Assembly: GCA_030429765.1 (NCBI GenBank)
Contig: JAUIER010000007.1
Coordinates: 4,372-68,371, forward strand
Direction: 5' to 3'
Source of the DNA: a bacterium
GTDB taxonomy: Bacteria > Omnitrophota > Gorgyraeia > Zapsychrales > Zapsychraceae
DNA: 64,000 nucleotides
Position 1 is the first letter of the stretch. The number at the start of each line of letters is the position of its first letter. This document shows positions 18,699 to 28,841 of this stretch, piece after piece. A program made the translations under genes and the position numbers. The notes under the pieces were generated by a model. It worked only from the letters and a program-made list of their open reading frames with translations, did no database searches and was not told where the DNA came from.

Positions 18699-21600
18699 AA
18701 CGATTTGTGCTGGCAACCTATACCATATTTCTTCCCTGGCAGCTGAAATTCCCAACGGTTCCGCTGGTCTCGATGGTGAATGTCTATTTGCTATTGCTGT
18801 TCGTGACCCTGGTCGTGAGTGAGAAAAAGGGGCTGAACATGAAAACGCGACCGGCCTATCACTTTCCGATTGCATTATTTTGGATGATCGCCACCTTTTC
18901 ACTCATCAACGGGATTATTCAGGTGACGCAGTTTGTGGGGCTGCCCGTCATGGAATTGGTCACGGAATTCAAGCGGATCGTGACGCTGGTTTTGGGTTAC
19001 TACGTATTTACGTATTGTGTGACAACCAAGGAGGATCTGAGGTTCTTTACACATGCGTTCGTGCTATCCATCGTTTTGGTTGGAGTGCAAACAATGCGAA
19101 CAGGTGTTTTAGGCGGCGCCAATTTCGGTGATCACAAGCGGGCCTACGGACCGTTCGGGGTAGACTACAATGCCTCAGATATTGCCGGGGGATTCATCGC
19201 CACCTTCACGCCATTTGTGTTCTCCTATTTTCTGTTTGAGAAAAACAAACTGTTCAAGATGGCGGCCGCTGTGGGTCTGGGGATCTGCGTGATGGGACTA
19301 TTCGCCACCTATGCGCGCGGCGCGCTTCTGGCCTTTGTATTCGGCTGCGCCGTTATGTTCGCGCTGGCCCTACCTGAATTGATGAAGCGTTCCAAGCTCT
19401 ATGGCGTGTTTACTGTGTTTGCGCTCATCGTACTGATGGCCACCTGGCAGGTCTGGGTTCCGGAGTCCATCATCAAACGAACCAGTGAAACCGTGGTCGT
19501 CTCGGAAGAGGAATCGCAACCCAGCATCCTCGAGGTCGAATCGATGTACGAACATGTGGGGTCATTGGACACCGCCGGATTGCCGGCCGGATTTGATAAG
19601 CTCGACCTGAGCTCTCAGATGCGCATCCTTCGCTGGCGGAATATGATGAACCTGATCCAGGAAAATTTCATGTTCGGTATCGGATTTCGTCAGACACTCT
19701 ATCTGTACGACGTGGACGCCCACAATTCATTCCTGCAAATCGGGGCGGAAATGAGCATCTTTGGTCTACTGGTCTTTCTATGGATGCTGTTCTGCGTGTT
19801 CCGGGAGGGATTTAAGCTCATGAAAACCGAATACGCTATTCTGGGCGCCGGTGCCGTGGGGGCGATCGCGTCGTTCTGCGCCGTAAATAATTTTTATTCC
19901 AATTTCTTCCGCAATACCGTCGTCGGAACCTTTTGGATCGCATTGGGACTCCTGGCAGCGGCCAAGCGGCTCTATCTAGATAATCAAGTCAAGGTTGTCG
20001 AGGTGAAGCCTAAGACCCCTCAGCGCAAAAAAGTCCGTAAAGATAAGTACTATGCCTGGGTTGTCATTTTCCTGTTACCTGCACAAACGGCCTGGGGATC
20101 AATTGAAGCCGATCGTTGGTACGATCTGAAACAGACCCCCACGCTTAACGTATACGACGATCTTTCGCGTCCCAACGGCAAGATCTGGTACGTTGATGGG
20201 ACCAATGGTAATGACAAAAATGCAGGCACTTCATGGAAGACTCCATTCAAGACCATCAAGCGGGCGGTCAATTCTCATGGCCCGGTCCGGGCGGGCGACA
20301 CAGTGCTCATCAAGGCCGGACGTTACACCGAAAGTTTGTTTATCCGGGCACAGGGCGAGGACCATAACCGTGTACTTATTGGTCCAGCTGGAGACGGGGA
20401 GGTCGTCATTGATGCATCCATGCAGCTCGGTCCCTGGACCCAATTTTTCGAGGGCATTTACAAGACCGCATGTCCAACCAAACCAACCGCTGTCGTGGCG
20501 CAGGATATCCCCCTATACCCGGAAGTCACCCTGGACGCCCTGAAGCCATCGCGCTGGTTTTATGATGAAAAACAACGCCAGCTCTATGTGCATACACCGG
20601 ACGGAACATCGCCGGCGGACCAGGAATTCGGCGTGGTCCGCGATGATAAGTTCGCGAATGCCATCAACTTTCATGGCGCAACCAACGTCACACTTTACGG
20701 CCTTACCATCAAGTACGCGGGCGGCAAGGGCATCGAGATCCAGGGCCGCAACAACCGGATCGAAAAGTGCAAGATTATGTTCAACGGCAATTCAGGTATC
20801 GTCGCCTGGGTGTACAAAGACGGTAATACCGATAATGCTCAATTTATAAAAAACTATGTCGCTCATAATTTTATCCGTAACTGGCCGCGCGGACGTTACA
20901 AAACCGGCTTTTGGGGATCAGGCATCAGTGGAGGCAATTCCAATAACAGCTTGATCCAGGGCAATATCATCCATGACAACGGGGGAGAGGGCATTAACGC
21001 CATCGGGACGAATGTTCTCATTCAAGACAATCTGGTATATAACAACTGGAGCGTCAATTTGTACGCCAGTGATCGAACCAACGTCACGTTTGATCGAAAT
21101 CTCGTCTATTGTGAAGATCCTGATCGCCAGCATCTGTATAACAACGGCGATCCCAGCCCGAAGGATGGTAAGAATTTTCGCCGGTTGCGCGCCGAAGGTA
21201 TTATGACGGCGGACGAAGGTGAAGTCGGCACCACACACTCGATTAATATCACCAATAATATCATTATCGGCTGTCGACGTGGAATTACGCATTACGGCAA
21301 AGGCAAGGGATCGGGCCTAAAAAATGTCAAAGTCGCACACAACACCATCATCCTGCCCAACAGTAAAGGTTTAGACGAGAGCTTTGTCGGTATCATGATC
21401 CCCTATAACGATGGGTCCAATGCCGGAACAAGCTACACCAACAATATCGTATACGGCACTCACGCGGACAATATCCTGCTGTCGGTGCAAAACAGCCTGG
21501 TCGGAACAGGTGATCCGACAACCGGCATCATGCTGAACAGCAATATTTTTTACAATGCCGCGAATCCCAAAACATTTCATATGGGACCAAGGTGGTCGAC

Positions 21601-21871
21601 GTTTATGCGCACGACCTTCGACAAGATCGCGTCCAAACATCGGCGCAAGGCATGGTTTAACAACAATAAATTTGTCGATCCGCAATTAAGCCGCCCCTTG
21701 CAATATGCCTCGTCCGCGGCACGGCTGGAGGCCGATTCTCCCGCGTATCAGGCCGGCCTGAACACACATCGGATCGTGACCGATTATTTTGCAGCTCCCC
21801 GATCTTCGGACAAGCCAACGATCGGCGCTATCGAACGAAACCCGGAAGTTACAGAGGAAAGCATACCATGA
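18695..21871 (+). CDS. Wzy/O-antigen-ligase family protein fused to a right-handed parallel beta-helix domain
   Basis: N-terminal ~430 aa multi-TM with TYARGA, R..RW, GIG and AHNSFLQ..E. C-terminal WYVDGTNGND..PFKTIKRA..GDTVLIKAGRY followed by Asn-rich beta-helix repeats. Confidence 0.85.
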   Translation: MKRFVLATYTIFLPWQLKFPTVPLVSMVNVYLLLLFVTLVVSEKKGLNMKTRPAYHFPIALFWMIATFSLINGIIQVTQFVGLPVMELVTEFKRIVTLVLGYYVFTYCVTTKEDLRFFTHAFVLSIVLVGVQTMRTGVLGGANFGDHKRAYGPFGVDYNASDIAGGFIATFTPFVFSYFLFEKNKLFKMAAAVGLGICVMGLFATYARGALLAFVFGCAVMFALALPELMKRSKLYGVFTVFALIVLMATWQVWVPESIIKRTSETVVVSEEESQPSILEVESMYEHVGSLDTAGLPAGFDKLDLSSQMRILRWRNMMNLIQENFMFGIGFRQTLYLYDVDAHNSFLQIGAEMSIFGLLVFLWMLFCVFREGFKLMKTEYAILGAGAVGAIASFCAVNNFYSNFFRNTVVGTFWIALGLLAAAKRLYLDNQVKVVEVKPKTPQRKKVRKDKYYAWVVIFLLPAQTAWGSIEADRWYDLKQTPTLNVYDDLSRPNGKIWYVDGTNGNDKNAGTSWKTPFKTIKRAVNSHGPVRAGDTVLIKAGRYTESLFIRAQGEDHNRVLIGPAGDGEVVIDASMQLGPWTQFFEGIYKTACPTKPTAVVAQDIPLYPEVTLDALKPSRWFYDEKQRQLYVHTPDGTSPADQEFGVVRDDKFANAINFHGATNVTLYGLTIKYAGGKGIEIQGRNNRIEKCKIMFNGNSGIVAWVYKDGNTDNAQFIKNYVAHNFIRNWPRGRYKTGFWGSGISGGNSNNSLIQGNIIHDNGGEGINAIGTNVLIQDNLVYNNWSVNLYASDRTNVTFDRNLVYCEDPDRQHLYNNGDPSPKDGKNFRRLRAEGIMTADEGEVGTTHSINITNNIIIGCRRGITHYGKGKGSGLKNVKVAHNTIILPNSKGLDESFVGIMIPYNDGSNAGTSYTNNIVYGTHADNILLSVQNSLVGTGDPTTGIMLNSNIFYNAANPKTFHMGPRWSTFMRTTFDKIASKHRRKAWFNNNKFVDPQLSRPLQYASSAARLEADSPAYQAGLNTHRIVTDYFAAPRSSDKPTIGAIERNPEVTEESIP

Positions 21872-22581
21872 GCAAAGTGACGATTTTAATTCCCAGCCGC
21901 TTCAACAATCGCTGGATTCTAGATTTAAATCTACGGACGATCCGAAAGTACACCAAATACCCCTATGAAATTATTGTGGGTGACGCCGGCATGGAGCAGG
22001 AGGCGCTGGATTTCATCGCCGATCAAAAAGATGTCAAGCTGGTCAAATGTCCGGATCCACGGATCCCCAAAGACCATCTGGCACGCCAGGCGCAAACACC
22101 CTATTTTCTGTTTTTACATGATGATGTCCAGATCCTCAAAGAAGGCTGGCTGACTAAACGAGTCAACATCATGGAGTCTGATCCGCAGAACGGTGTGGTC
22201 GGCCCCATCAGCACCAACTATCAGCGTTTAGGACCGATCCGTCGCATCTTTGACCGTGACCCGTTGAAACGGCGATTTTTTCCCTTGGTGATGCTGGTCC
22301 GTAAAGCCATGCAGGACGATCTGAATTTGCGCTGGGGCATAATTGACAAATCTTTTGATACAGGGGGAGTGGCTTACTTTCAGTATCGTGTCCAAAATCC
22401 CAAGCGGTGGAAATTTGTCCCGAAAAAATTTACGGACGATGTGCTGCATTGGGGACAGATGACCTGGGTCATGAAAAAACGCGATCCAGGGACGACGACT
22501 CTAAATGTCGACGCGCTTCAGCAGGAACGGGCGGAGAAGGTCGAACGGATCAAGGAAATTATTCGAACAGAGTCGTACTAA
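21868..22581 (+). CDS. Glycosyltransferase family 2-like
   Basis: VTILIP..YEIIVGD and FLHDD motifs. Confidence 0.8.
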   Translation: MSKVTILIPSRFNNRWILDLNLRTIRKYTKYPYEIIVGDAGMEQEALDFIADQKDVKLVKCPDPRIPKDHLARQAQTPYFLFLHDDVQILKEGWLTKRVNIMESDPQNGVVGPISTNYQRLGPIRRIFDRDPLKRRFFPLVMLVRKAMQDDLNLRWGIIDKSFDTGGVAYFQYRVQNPKRWKFVPKKFTDDVLHWGQMTWVMKKRDPGTTTLNVDALQQERAEKVERIKEIIRTESY

Positions 22582-22631
22582 GGCCATCCATTCCTTAAAA
22601 CCATGATCAAATCCTTTTTGCAACTATAACC

Positions 22632-24098
22632 ATGAGCAAAGAAACACCCGCCGCCAATTCGAAACTATCAGGCCAAGTCGGACGTGCCGCCAAGTGGAAC
22701 GTCAGCGCGAGTATTTGTGTCCGCGTGCTGGGCTTCCTGACGACGATCATCCTGGCGCGGATTCTGGGACCGGAGGAATTCGGTCTGTTCGCGCTGGCCT
22801 TTGTTGTGATCGACGGGTTTGGTCTGTTCAAGAGCCTGGGATTTGAATCGGCCCTGGTTCAGCGCAAAGATGATAATCCCGTCGCGGCCGACACGGCCTT
22901 TTTTATCATTCCGTTGATGGGGCTAGTCATGTATCTCGTATTAGTATTAGCCACCCCATATCTAGCAAAAGGTTTAGATTCAGCGGATCTCGCCGATGTA
23001 CTTAAATACTTAGGACTCATTTTCATTGTCAACACCTTAACCCGGGTTCCGTATTCACTACTGGAGAAACGGATGCAATTTGGTAAACGGGCGATTGCGG
23101 ATATTATTGCTCAACTGTTTTACTCAGCCGTGGCCTTGACCATGGGTATTATGGGATTCGGTGTGTGGAGTCTCGTGTGGGGCTACTTATCCATGAGCCT
23201 ATCCAAACTCGTGGCCACCTGGTACATGGTGGATTGGCGGCCGAAGTTTCGATTTGATCTGCACATGGCCATTGATATGTTTCATTTCGGCAAGTACATG
23301 TTTCTCGGCAGCGTGCTGTATTTTCTATCGTCAAACTTTGACCGGATCGTCGTCGGCCGCGAGCTTGGCGTCGGTATTCTGGGCGTCTATGCTATTGCCT
23401 ACAACTTTGCGGATCTGATCAATGCACTGCTCGGATACAAGGTCAGTGAAATTTTGTTCCCGGCGTTTTCCAAACTGCAGGATAACCTGTATAATCTGAA
23501 ATCCGCCTATTTGCGGGTGGTCAAGGTCCTGTTGATCATCGTGTTTCCCTATTCAATGGGATTATTGTTCCTGGGCGGTGAATTTTTACAGACGATATTT
23601 GGTGAGAAATGGATCCAGGCCATTCCGGTCCTGCAGATACTCTCGGGAATCAGCGTTATGCATATATTTATTGTCTCCACTAAATCCGTGTTTAACGGAT
23701 TAAAGCGACCCCGCTTGGCCCTGGTGACCGGCATCATCCGTGTCTCACTATACTGTCTGTTTATCATCCCGGTAGGCAAGGCGTATGGGGTAAAGGGCGT
23801 CGCTTGCATGGTCGTCGTCTCAGGAATGCTGGCCACGGCCTTCTGCATGTACAAGGTCAGCCGAATGTTGTCTTTCACGGCCAGGGAACTTTATGATCAT
23901 TTGAAGCCCAGCATCTTTGCCACCAGTTATATGGTGGTGGCCATATGCGCTGGCAAGTATTTATTGGAACAGGTTCATGCCGGCCATCCGGTTATTTTTG
24001 TTTCGTGTACAATTTTAGGTGTGGCGGTTTACGGCTTTGCCGTGTACAAAAAGGACCGTGACATCATCTACAAAGTCAAAAGCATGGTAGGGATGTAG
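22632..24098 (+). CDS. wzx: Wzx flippase (WzxC-like)
   Basis: LARILGPEEFG motif, 12-14 TM helices, LGVYAIAY. Confidence 0.9.
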   Translation: MSKETPAANSKLSGQVGRAAKWNVSASICVRVLGFLTTIILARILGPEEFGLFALAFVVIDGFGLFKSLGFESALVQRKDDNPVAADTAFFIIPLMGLVMYLVLVLATPYLAKGLDSADLADVLKYLGLIFIVNTLTRVPYSLLEKRMQFGKRAIADIIAQLFYSAVALTMGIMGFGVWSLVWGYLSMSLSKLVATWYMVDWRPKFRFDLHMAIDMFHFGKYMFLGSVLYFLSSNFDRIVVGRELGVGILGVYAIAYNFADLINALLGYKVSEILFPAFSKLQDNLYNLKSAYLRVVKVLLIIVFPYSMGLLFLGGEFLQTIFGEKWIQAIPVLQILSGISVMHIFIVSTKSVFNGLKRPRLALVTGIIRVSLYCLFIIPVGKAYGVKGVACMVVVSGMLATAFCMYKVSRMLSFTARELYDHLKPSIFATSYMVVAICAGKYLLEQVHAGHPVIFVSCTILGVAVYGFAVYKKDRDIIYKVKSMVGM

Positions 24099-25198
24099 TG
24101 AAAAAAGTACTCTTCATCATTGATGATCTGTGTATTTCCGGGGCTCAAGTCCATCTGGCCCGGCTCATGGAGGGATTGACGGCCAAGGGTATGGATGTTG
24201 AGGTCCTGGCGCTGGGTGAACTCACAGATCGGCTGGTCATTCAGATCGGACGCGAGCGTATCACACAGTTCAGGGTCGGATCGATCCGCAGCCTGAGCTA
24301 CTGGAATAAAGTCCGCCAACTCACCAACATCATTCGTGATAAAAAGCCGTTTATCGTTCACACTTATCTGAATACCGCGAATATCATTGGTGTCCTGGCC
24401 GCCAAACGGGCGGGGGTCAAGCACATTATTTCTTCCCGTCGAGATATGGGACATTTCCGGACTAAATTTATCTTCATGCTGGAAAAGTACTGCAATCGGC
24501 ACGTCCAGAAAATCGTGTGCGTTTCGAATGCCGCCCGGGACAAAACCATTGAGACCGAGTTTGTGGATCCGGATAAAGTCGTGGTCCTGCACTCGGGGGT
24601 GGATACCGATCACTTTACTCCGGAAAAGAATGACAGTCCGACCAAACGAACGATCCGAATCGGGATGAACGGACGGATGTGGCATGAGATCAAGGGGCAA
24701 CGCTATTTGCTGGAGGCCGCGACCAAGGCCCTGAAGACCAACAAGGATATTCGGTTTGTGTTGATCGGTGACGGCAAACTCAGAGAATCGCTCGAACAAT
24801 ACGCGCGTCAACAAAAAATCATCGACTATGTCGATTTTCGCGGCACGCGTAATGACATCAAAGAGGAGATAGCAAGGTTGGATATTTTCGCCTTTACCTC
24901 ACTCAGTGAAGGATTTTCTAACGCCATCGTTGAGGCGATGTCGATGGAACTGCCGGTCATCGCCTTTGCCAAGGACGGCAACCTTGATATCATCGAGAAC
25001 AACATAAACGGTTATCTGGTCGACTACAAAGACACCACGGCCGTAGCGCAGAAGATTTTATATCTCGCGGAGGAGCATGACCGGCGCAATGAACTCGGAG
25101 CCGCCGCGCGGAAAACTGTACTCAATAAGTTCACCCTGGACCATATGGTCGAGCGGTACAAGAAATTTTACGAAACCATCATGAAAGACGACGTATGA
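24098..25198 (+). CDS. Glycosyltransferase family 4
   Basis: EGFSNAIVEAM motif. Confidence 0.9.
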   Translation: MKKVLFIIDDLCISGAQVHLARLMEGLTAKGMDVEVLALGELTDRLVIQIGRERITQFRVGSIRSLSYWNKVRQLTNIIRDKKPFIVHTYLNTANIIGVLAAKRAGVKHIISSRRDMGHFRTKFIFMLEKYCNRHVQKIVCVSNAARDKTIETEFVDPDKVVVLHSGVDTDHFTPEKNDSPTKRTIRIGMNGRMWHEIKGQRYLLEAATKALKTNKDIRFVLIGDGKLRESLEQYARQQKIIDYVDFRGTRNDIKEEIARLDIFAFTSLSEGFSNAIVEAMSMELPVIAFAKDGNLDIIENNINGYLVDYKDTTAVAQKILYLAEEHDRRNELGAAARKTVLNKFTLDHMVERYKKFYETIMKDDV

Positions 25199-26400
25199 CA
25201 GCCGATAAAAAGCACATCGCCTATCTGGTCTCATTATTTCCCTGCTGGTCGGAGACATTCATTCTCAATGAGATCCTGGAGCTCAAGGAGCAGGGTTATC
25301 CTTTGTCGATCCTGTCGATCCGATCGGACCTGGAGGACCACATCCACGCCAATGCCCGCCCCTTGATGGAACAAACCAGCTATGTGCACGGAATGGGGAT
25401 GTTTTTGTCAACACTGAAGTACGCGCTGATCAAACCGCATGTGATCTTCCCGACGCTCTTTAAGATGCTCAAGGCCAAATATCCGCCGGGAAAGATCCGT
25501 CTCAAGGACATCTGGTGTATTTTTGTGGCGTGCTACTTTACCGACGTGTGCCGAAAAAAGCGAATCGATCATATCCACGCCCATTTTGCCACGTATCCGG
25601 CGACGGTGGCGATGCTCATCAAACAATTAGGAAATATTCCATACACGTTTACCACACACGCGCATGACATTTTTCTGTACCAAACACTGTTGACGGAAAA
25701 AATAGAACACAGCCGTAAGATTATCACGATCTCCGAGTACAATCGGGCATTCCTGACCAAACATTGTGGACCCCATATCGCGGATAAGATTGATGTGATT
25801 CACTGCGGGATTGATCTCTCGAATTGGGACCAGCCGCAAAACACCCGGGAATCAGAACATCCGGTAATCTTAAGTGTCGGACGATTGACCCGAATGAAAG
25901 GGTTCGAGTATCTGATCCGCGCGTGTGCTGAACTCAAGGATCAGGTCCCGTTTAGATGTCATATCATCGGCGATGGACATCTGCGCGAAGAATTGGCGAC
26001 CTTGATTGTTGAATTAGGTCTGGTTGATCATGTCATTCTGGAAGGGGTCAAGGACAGCGCGGACGTTAAAAAGATGATGGAACGGACCAGCGCCTTTGTC
26101 ATGCCGTCCATCTGGGATGATGAGGACGGACAGGACGGTATTCCGTTAGTCTTGATGGAGGCGATGGCGATGCAGATCCCGTCGGTGGCCACAAAGCTCT
26201 CGGGATTACCGGAACTCGTAGTGCATGAGCAAACCGGGCTGATCGTCGAACCAGGCGACGCATCGGGACTCGCCGCCAGTATCAAGCGTATTCTGACTCA
26301 GGAAGATCTGGCCACCGCGTTGGGAAAAGCAGGCCGTGAGATCGTACACAAGGAATTTAATATCCGGACAAATGCCGGATATCTCAAGGATCATTTTTAG
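25195..26400 (+). CDS. Glycosyltransferase family 4 (WcaL-like)
   Basis: FPCWSETFILNEI, HIHAHFA and DGIPLVLMEAMA motifs. Confidence 0.9.
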   Translation: MTADKKHIAYLVSLFPCWSETFILNEILELKEQGYPLSILSIRSDLEDHIHANARPLMEQTSYVHGMGMFLSTLKYALIKPHVIFPTLFKMLKAKYPPGKIRLKDIWCIFVACYFTDVCRKKRIDHIHAHFATYPATVAMLIKQLGNIPYTFTTHAHDIFLYQTLLTEKIEHSRKIITISEYNRAFLTKHCGPHIADKIDVIHCGIDLSNWDQPQNTRESEHPVILSVGRLTRMKGFEYLIRACAELKDQVPFRCHIIGDGHLREELATLIVELGLVDHVILEGVKDSADVKKMMERTSAFVMPSIWDDEDGQDGIPLVLMEAMAMQIPSVATKLSGLPELVVHEQTGLIVEPGDASGLAASIKRILTQEDLATALGKAGREIVHKEFNIRTNAGYLKDHF

Positions 26401-26587
26401 GATCATCGAGAACATAGACCGTCGATGGTAGACGGGGGAACAGGAACCAATTGACGTCAACATTTTATGTACGGCGGGGATATATCGGGGGATTCAATCT
26501 TTAAACTAGTAGACGCCGTTCGTCGACTAATCCGTTAAAGGGGTAACGGAAGCTGACGGCTGATACGCTAGCAAGGAGTTGGATCAA

Positions 26588-27700
26588 ATGAAGGTATTAT
26601 TTATTCATCCCAATAACAATCTGACCGGGCAGGAATTTTCATTGCTCGAGCGGATGCGCGCGTTGCGCAAAAAAGGGATTCACTGTGAACTGCTTTTATC
26701 GGAACACGGTGACTTTGCCCAATTAGTGGAACAGGATGGATTTCCGACGAGGTTTTTGCCGCTGAACCGACTATTGAAGGCAAACCCCGTCCCGTATTTT
26801 CGAACGGTCTGGAGGATCAGCCGGTTAATCAAGGCCAACGGCTACAAGGTATTGCATTGCTCGGGCTTGTACCCGAACCAGTACGGCCTCCCGGCGGCCC
26901 GCCTGAATCGAATCCCATGCGTGGTGCATGCGAATGCCAGTGTGTACACGGCCTATGATTGTTCGAGAAGTTTTGTCCGTAAAGCTGACTTTGTGTTTAC
27001 GGTCAGCCAGGGAGTGAAAGACCGGCTCATCCAGGTCGGAAAGATCGATGAACGTAAAATCCGGACCGTCTACAATGGCATCGAAATCGTGAGGCCACCG
27101 GATAAAGCGACGGAACGCAAGAGAATTAGGCAGACATATAATCTGGATGATCGCCACTTTGTGTTTGCGCATGTGGCTGAGCTCATTCCACGCAAAGGCT
27201 GCGAGTATTTTGTTGAAGCCGCCCGTTTGCTTAATAAATCCCATCCACAGACCCGGTTTATGCTGGTCGGGAAGGGACATGATGACGCATATGAACGTTC
27301 CCTTAGGGATATCGTAAAGAGGCATGAGCTGGAGAAATATGTTATATTTAGCGGGTTTCAACGGGATGTGCTCACGTTTCTGCAGGCGATGGATACAGTG
27401 GTCCTGGCATCGACATCCGAAGGACTAGCCCGTGTTCTGGTGGAAGCCCAAAAGCTGGGCCTGCCGGTGATAGGATCAGCCATCCCGGGAGTGGATGAGG
27501 TCATTGAGCACGAACAAAGCGGATTGTTAGCAAAACCTCAGAACGCGATGGATTTGGCGGTTCAGATGGAGCGGCTGGTAGTCGATGACAATCTCAGGAA
27601 ACGATGCATCGCCAACGCACTGGAACGCTCTAACCGGCAGTTTAACACGGATCAGAATATCTGTGTAGTCGAACAGATTTATCGAGAATTGGTTAAGTAA
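26588..27700 (+). CDS. Glycosyltransferase family 4
   Basis: HPNNNLTGQE, PRKG and EGLARVLVE motifs. Confidence 0.9.
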   Translation: MKVLFIHPNNNLTGQEFSLLERMRALRKKGIHCELLLSEHGDFAQLVEQDGFPTRFLPLNRLLKANPVPYFRTVWRISRLIKANGYKVLHCSGLYPNQYGLPAARLNRIPCVVHANASVYTAYDCSRSFVRKADFVFTVSQGVKDRLIQVGKIDERKIRTVYNGIEIVRPPDKATERKRIRQTYNLDDRHFVFAHVAELIPRKGCEYFVEAARLLNKSHPQTRFMLVGKGHDDAYERSLRDIVKRHELEKYVIFSGFQRDVLTFLQAMDTVVLASTSEGLARVLVEAQKLGLPVIGSAIPGVDEVIEHEQSGLLAKPQNAMDLAVQMERLVVDDNLRKRCIANALERSNRQFNTDQNICVVEQIYRELVK

Positions 27701-27722
27701 AGCAGACTTAGGTAGTCAATCC

Positions 27723-28841
27723 ATGAAAATATTATCGGTTCAACAAAATAACAAGTTGACAGGTCAGGAAATCTCGCTGCTCGAGCGGATGAAAGCCCTG
27801 CGGGACAATGGGATTGACAATGAACTCTTGCTGCCGGAACCAGGTGATTTCTCGACGATGGTGGAGCGAGAGGGGTTTAAGACATATTTCTGTCCGCTCA
27901 ACCGCTGGTCCAAAACCAATCCGTTTCCCTATATTAAGACGATCCTCGGCATCTCCAAAATTGTCAAGGACAACAAATTTTCATTGATCCATGCCAGCAG
28001 CGTGTATCCCAATCAGTATTGCCTGCCGGCCGCGAGACTCAACCGAATCCCTTGTATGTTCAATGTCAATGCGATGGTGTATAACAATTATGACCTCAAG
28101 AGCAGCCTGGCTCACAAGGCGGATTTTATCATCTCGGTGTCTAAGGGGGCTGAGAAATTAATTCTGGAGCTTTGTCCGGTGCCGGCCCGAAAGGTGATGG
28201 CCATCTATGACAATATAGATGTAGACTTAAGTCAAGTTTCGGCCGAGCAACGCAGCATGATCCGGGCCAAGTACGGTATCAGTGACACGGACTTTTTAAT
28301 CGGACAGGTCGGAGAAATTATCCCCCGTAAGGGATTTGAGTATTTTGTAGAGATGGCGATTGACATCAAATCCCGGTATCCGGCGACGAAATTCATGATC
28401 ATCGGTAAAGGACACGGCGACGACTATGAACATCAATTAAAAAGCCGGATCCACACCGCGGGACTCGTCAAGGACATCATCTTCACCGGCTTTCAAAGTG
28501 ATGTCCTCAACTATATCAATGCCCTGGATATGCTGACACTGAGCGCCTTGTCCGAAGGACTTGGCCGGGTACTCGTCGAGGGACAGAAGCTCAGCAAACC
28601 GGTGATCGGCTCCGATATCGGCGGCATCAACGAGGCCATCGAGCATGAAAAGACCGGCCTGCTGGCCCAGGCCGAAAATTCCCGGGAATTGGCGCACCAG
28701 GTCAGCCGCATGCTGGACGACACAAAATTACGCGATCAATGCGTGGCCAACGCCCTCAAGGAGGCCGCCATAAAGTTTGACCAGCAAGCCAATGTGCACA
28801 AACTGATCGATATCTATAAGGAATTGGTGACAAACGCATGA
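27723..28841 (+). CDS. Glycosyltransferase family 4
   Basis: NNKLTGQEISLLER, GEIIPRKG and EGLGRVLVE motifs. Confidence 0.9.
   Translation: MKILSVQQNNKLTGQEISLLERMKALRDNGIDNELLLPEPGDFSTMVEREGFKTYFCPLNRWSKTNPFPYIKTILGISKIVKDNKFSLIHASSVYPNQYCLPAARLNRIPCMFNVNAMVYNNYDLKSSLAHKADFIISVSKGAEKLILELCPVPARKVMAIYDNIDVDLSQVSAEQRSMIRAKYGISDTDFLIGQVGEIIPRKGFEYFVEMAIDIKSRYPATKFMIIGKGHGDDYEHQLKSRIHTAGLVKDIIFTGFQSDVLNYINALDMLTLSALSEGLGRVLVEGQKLSKPVIGSDIGGINEAIEHEKTGLLAQAENSRELAHQVSRMLDDTKLRDQCVANALKEAAIKFDQQANVHKLIDIYKELVTNA

Noticed and set aside
24068-24814. 248-aa antisense ORF and similar long shadow ORFs
   Set aside because: They lie entirely opposite well-supported genes and have no recognisable motifs.
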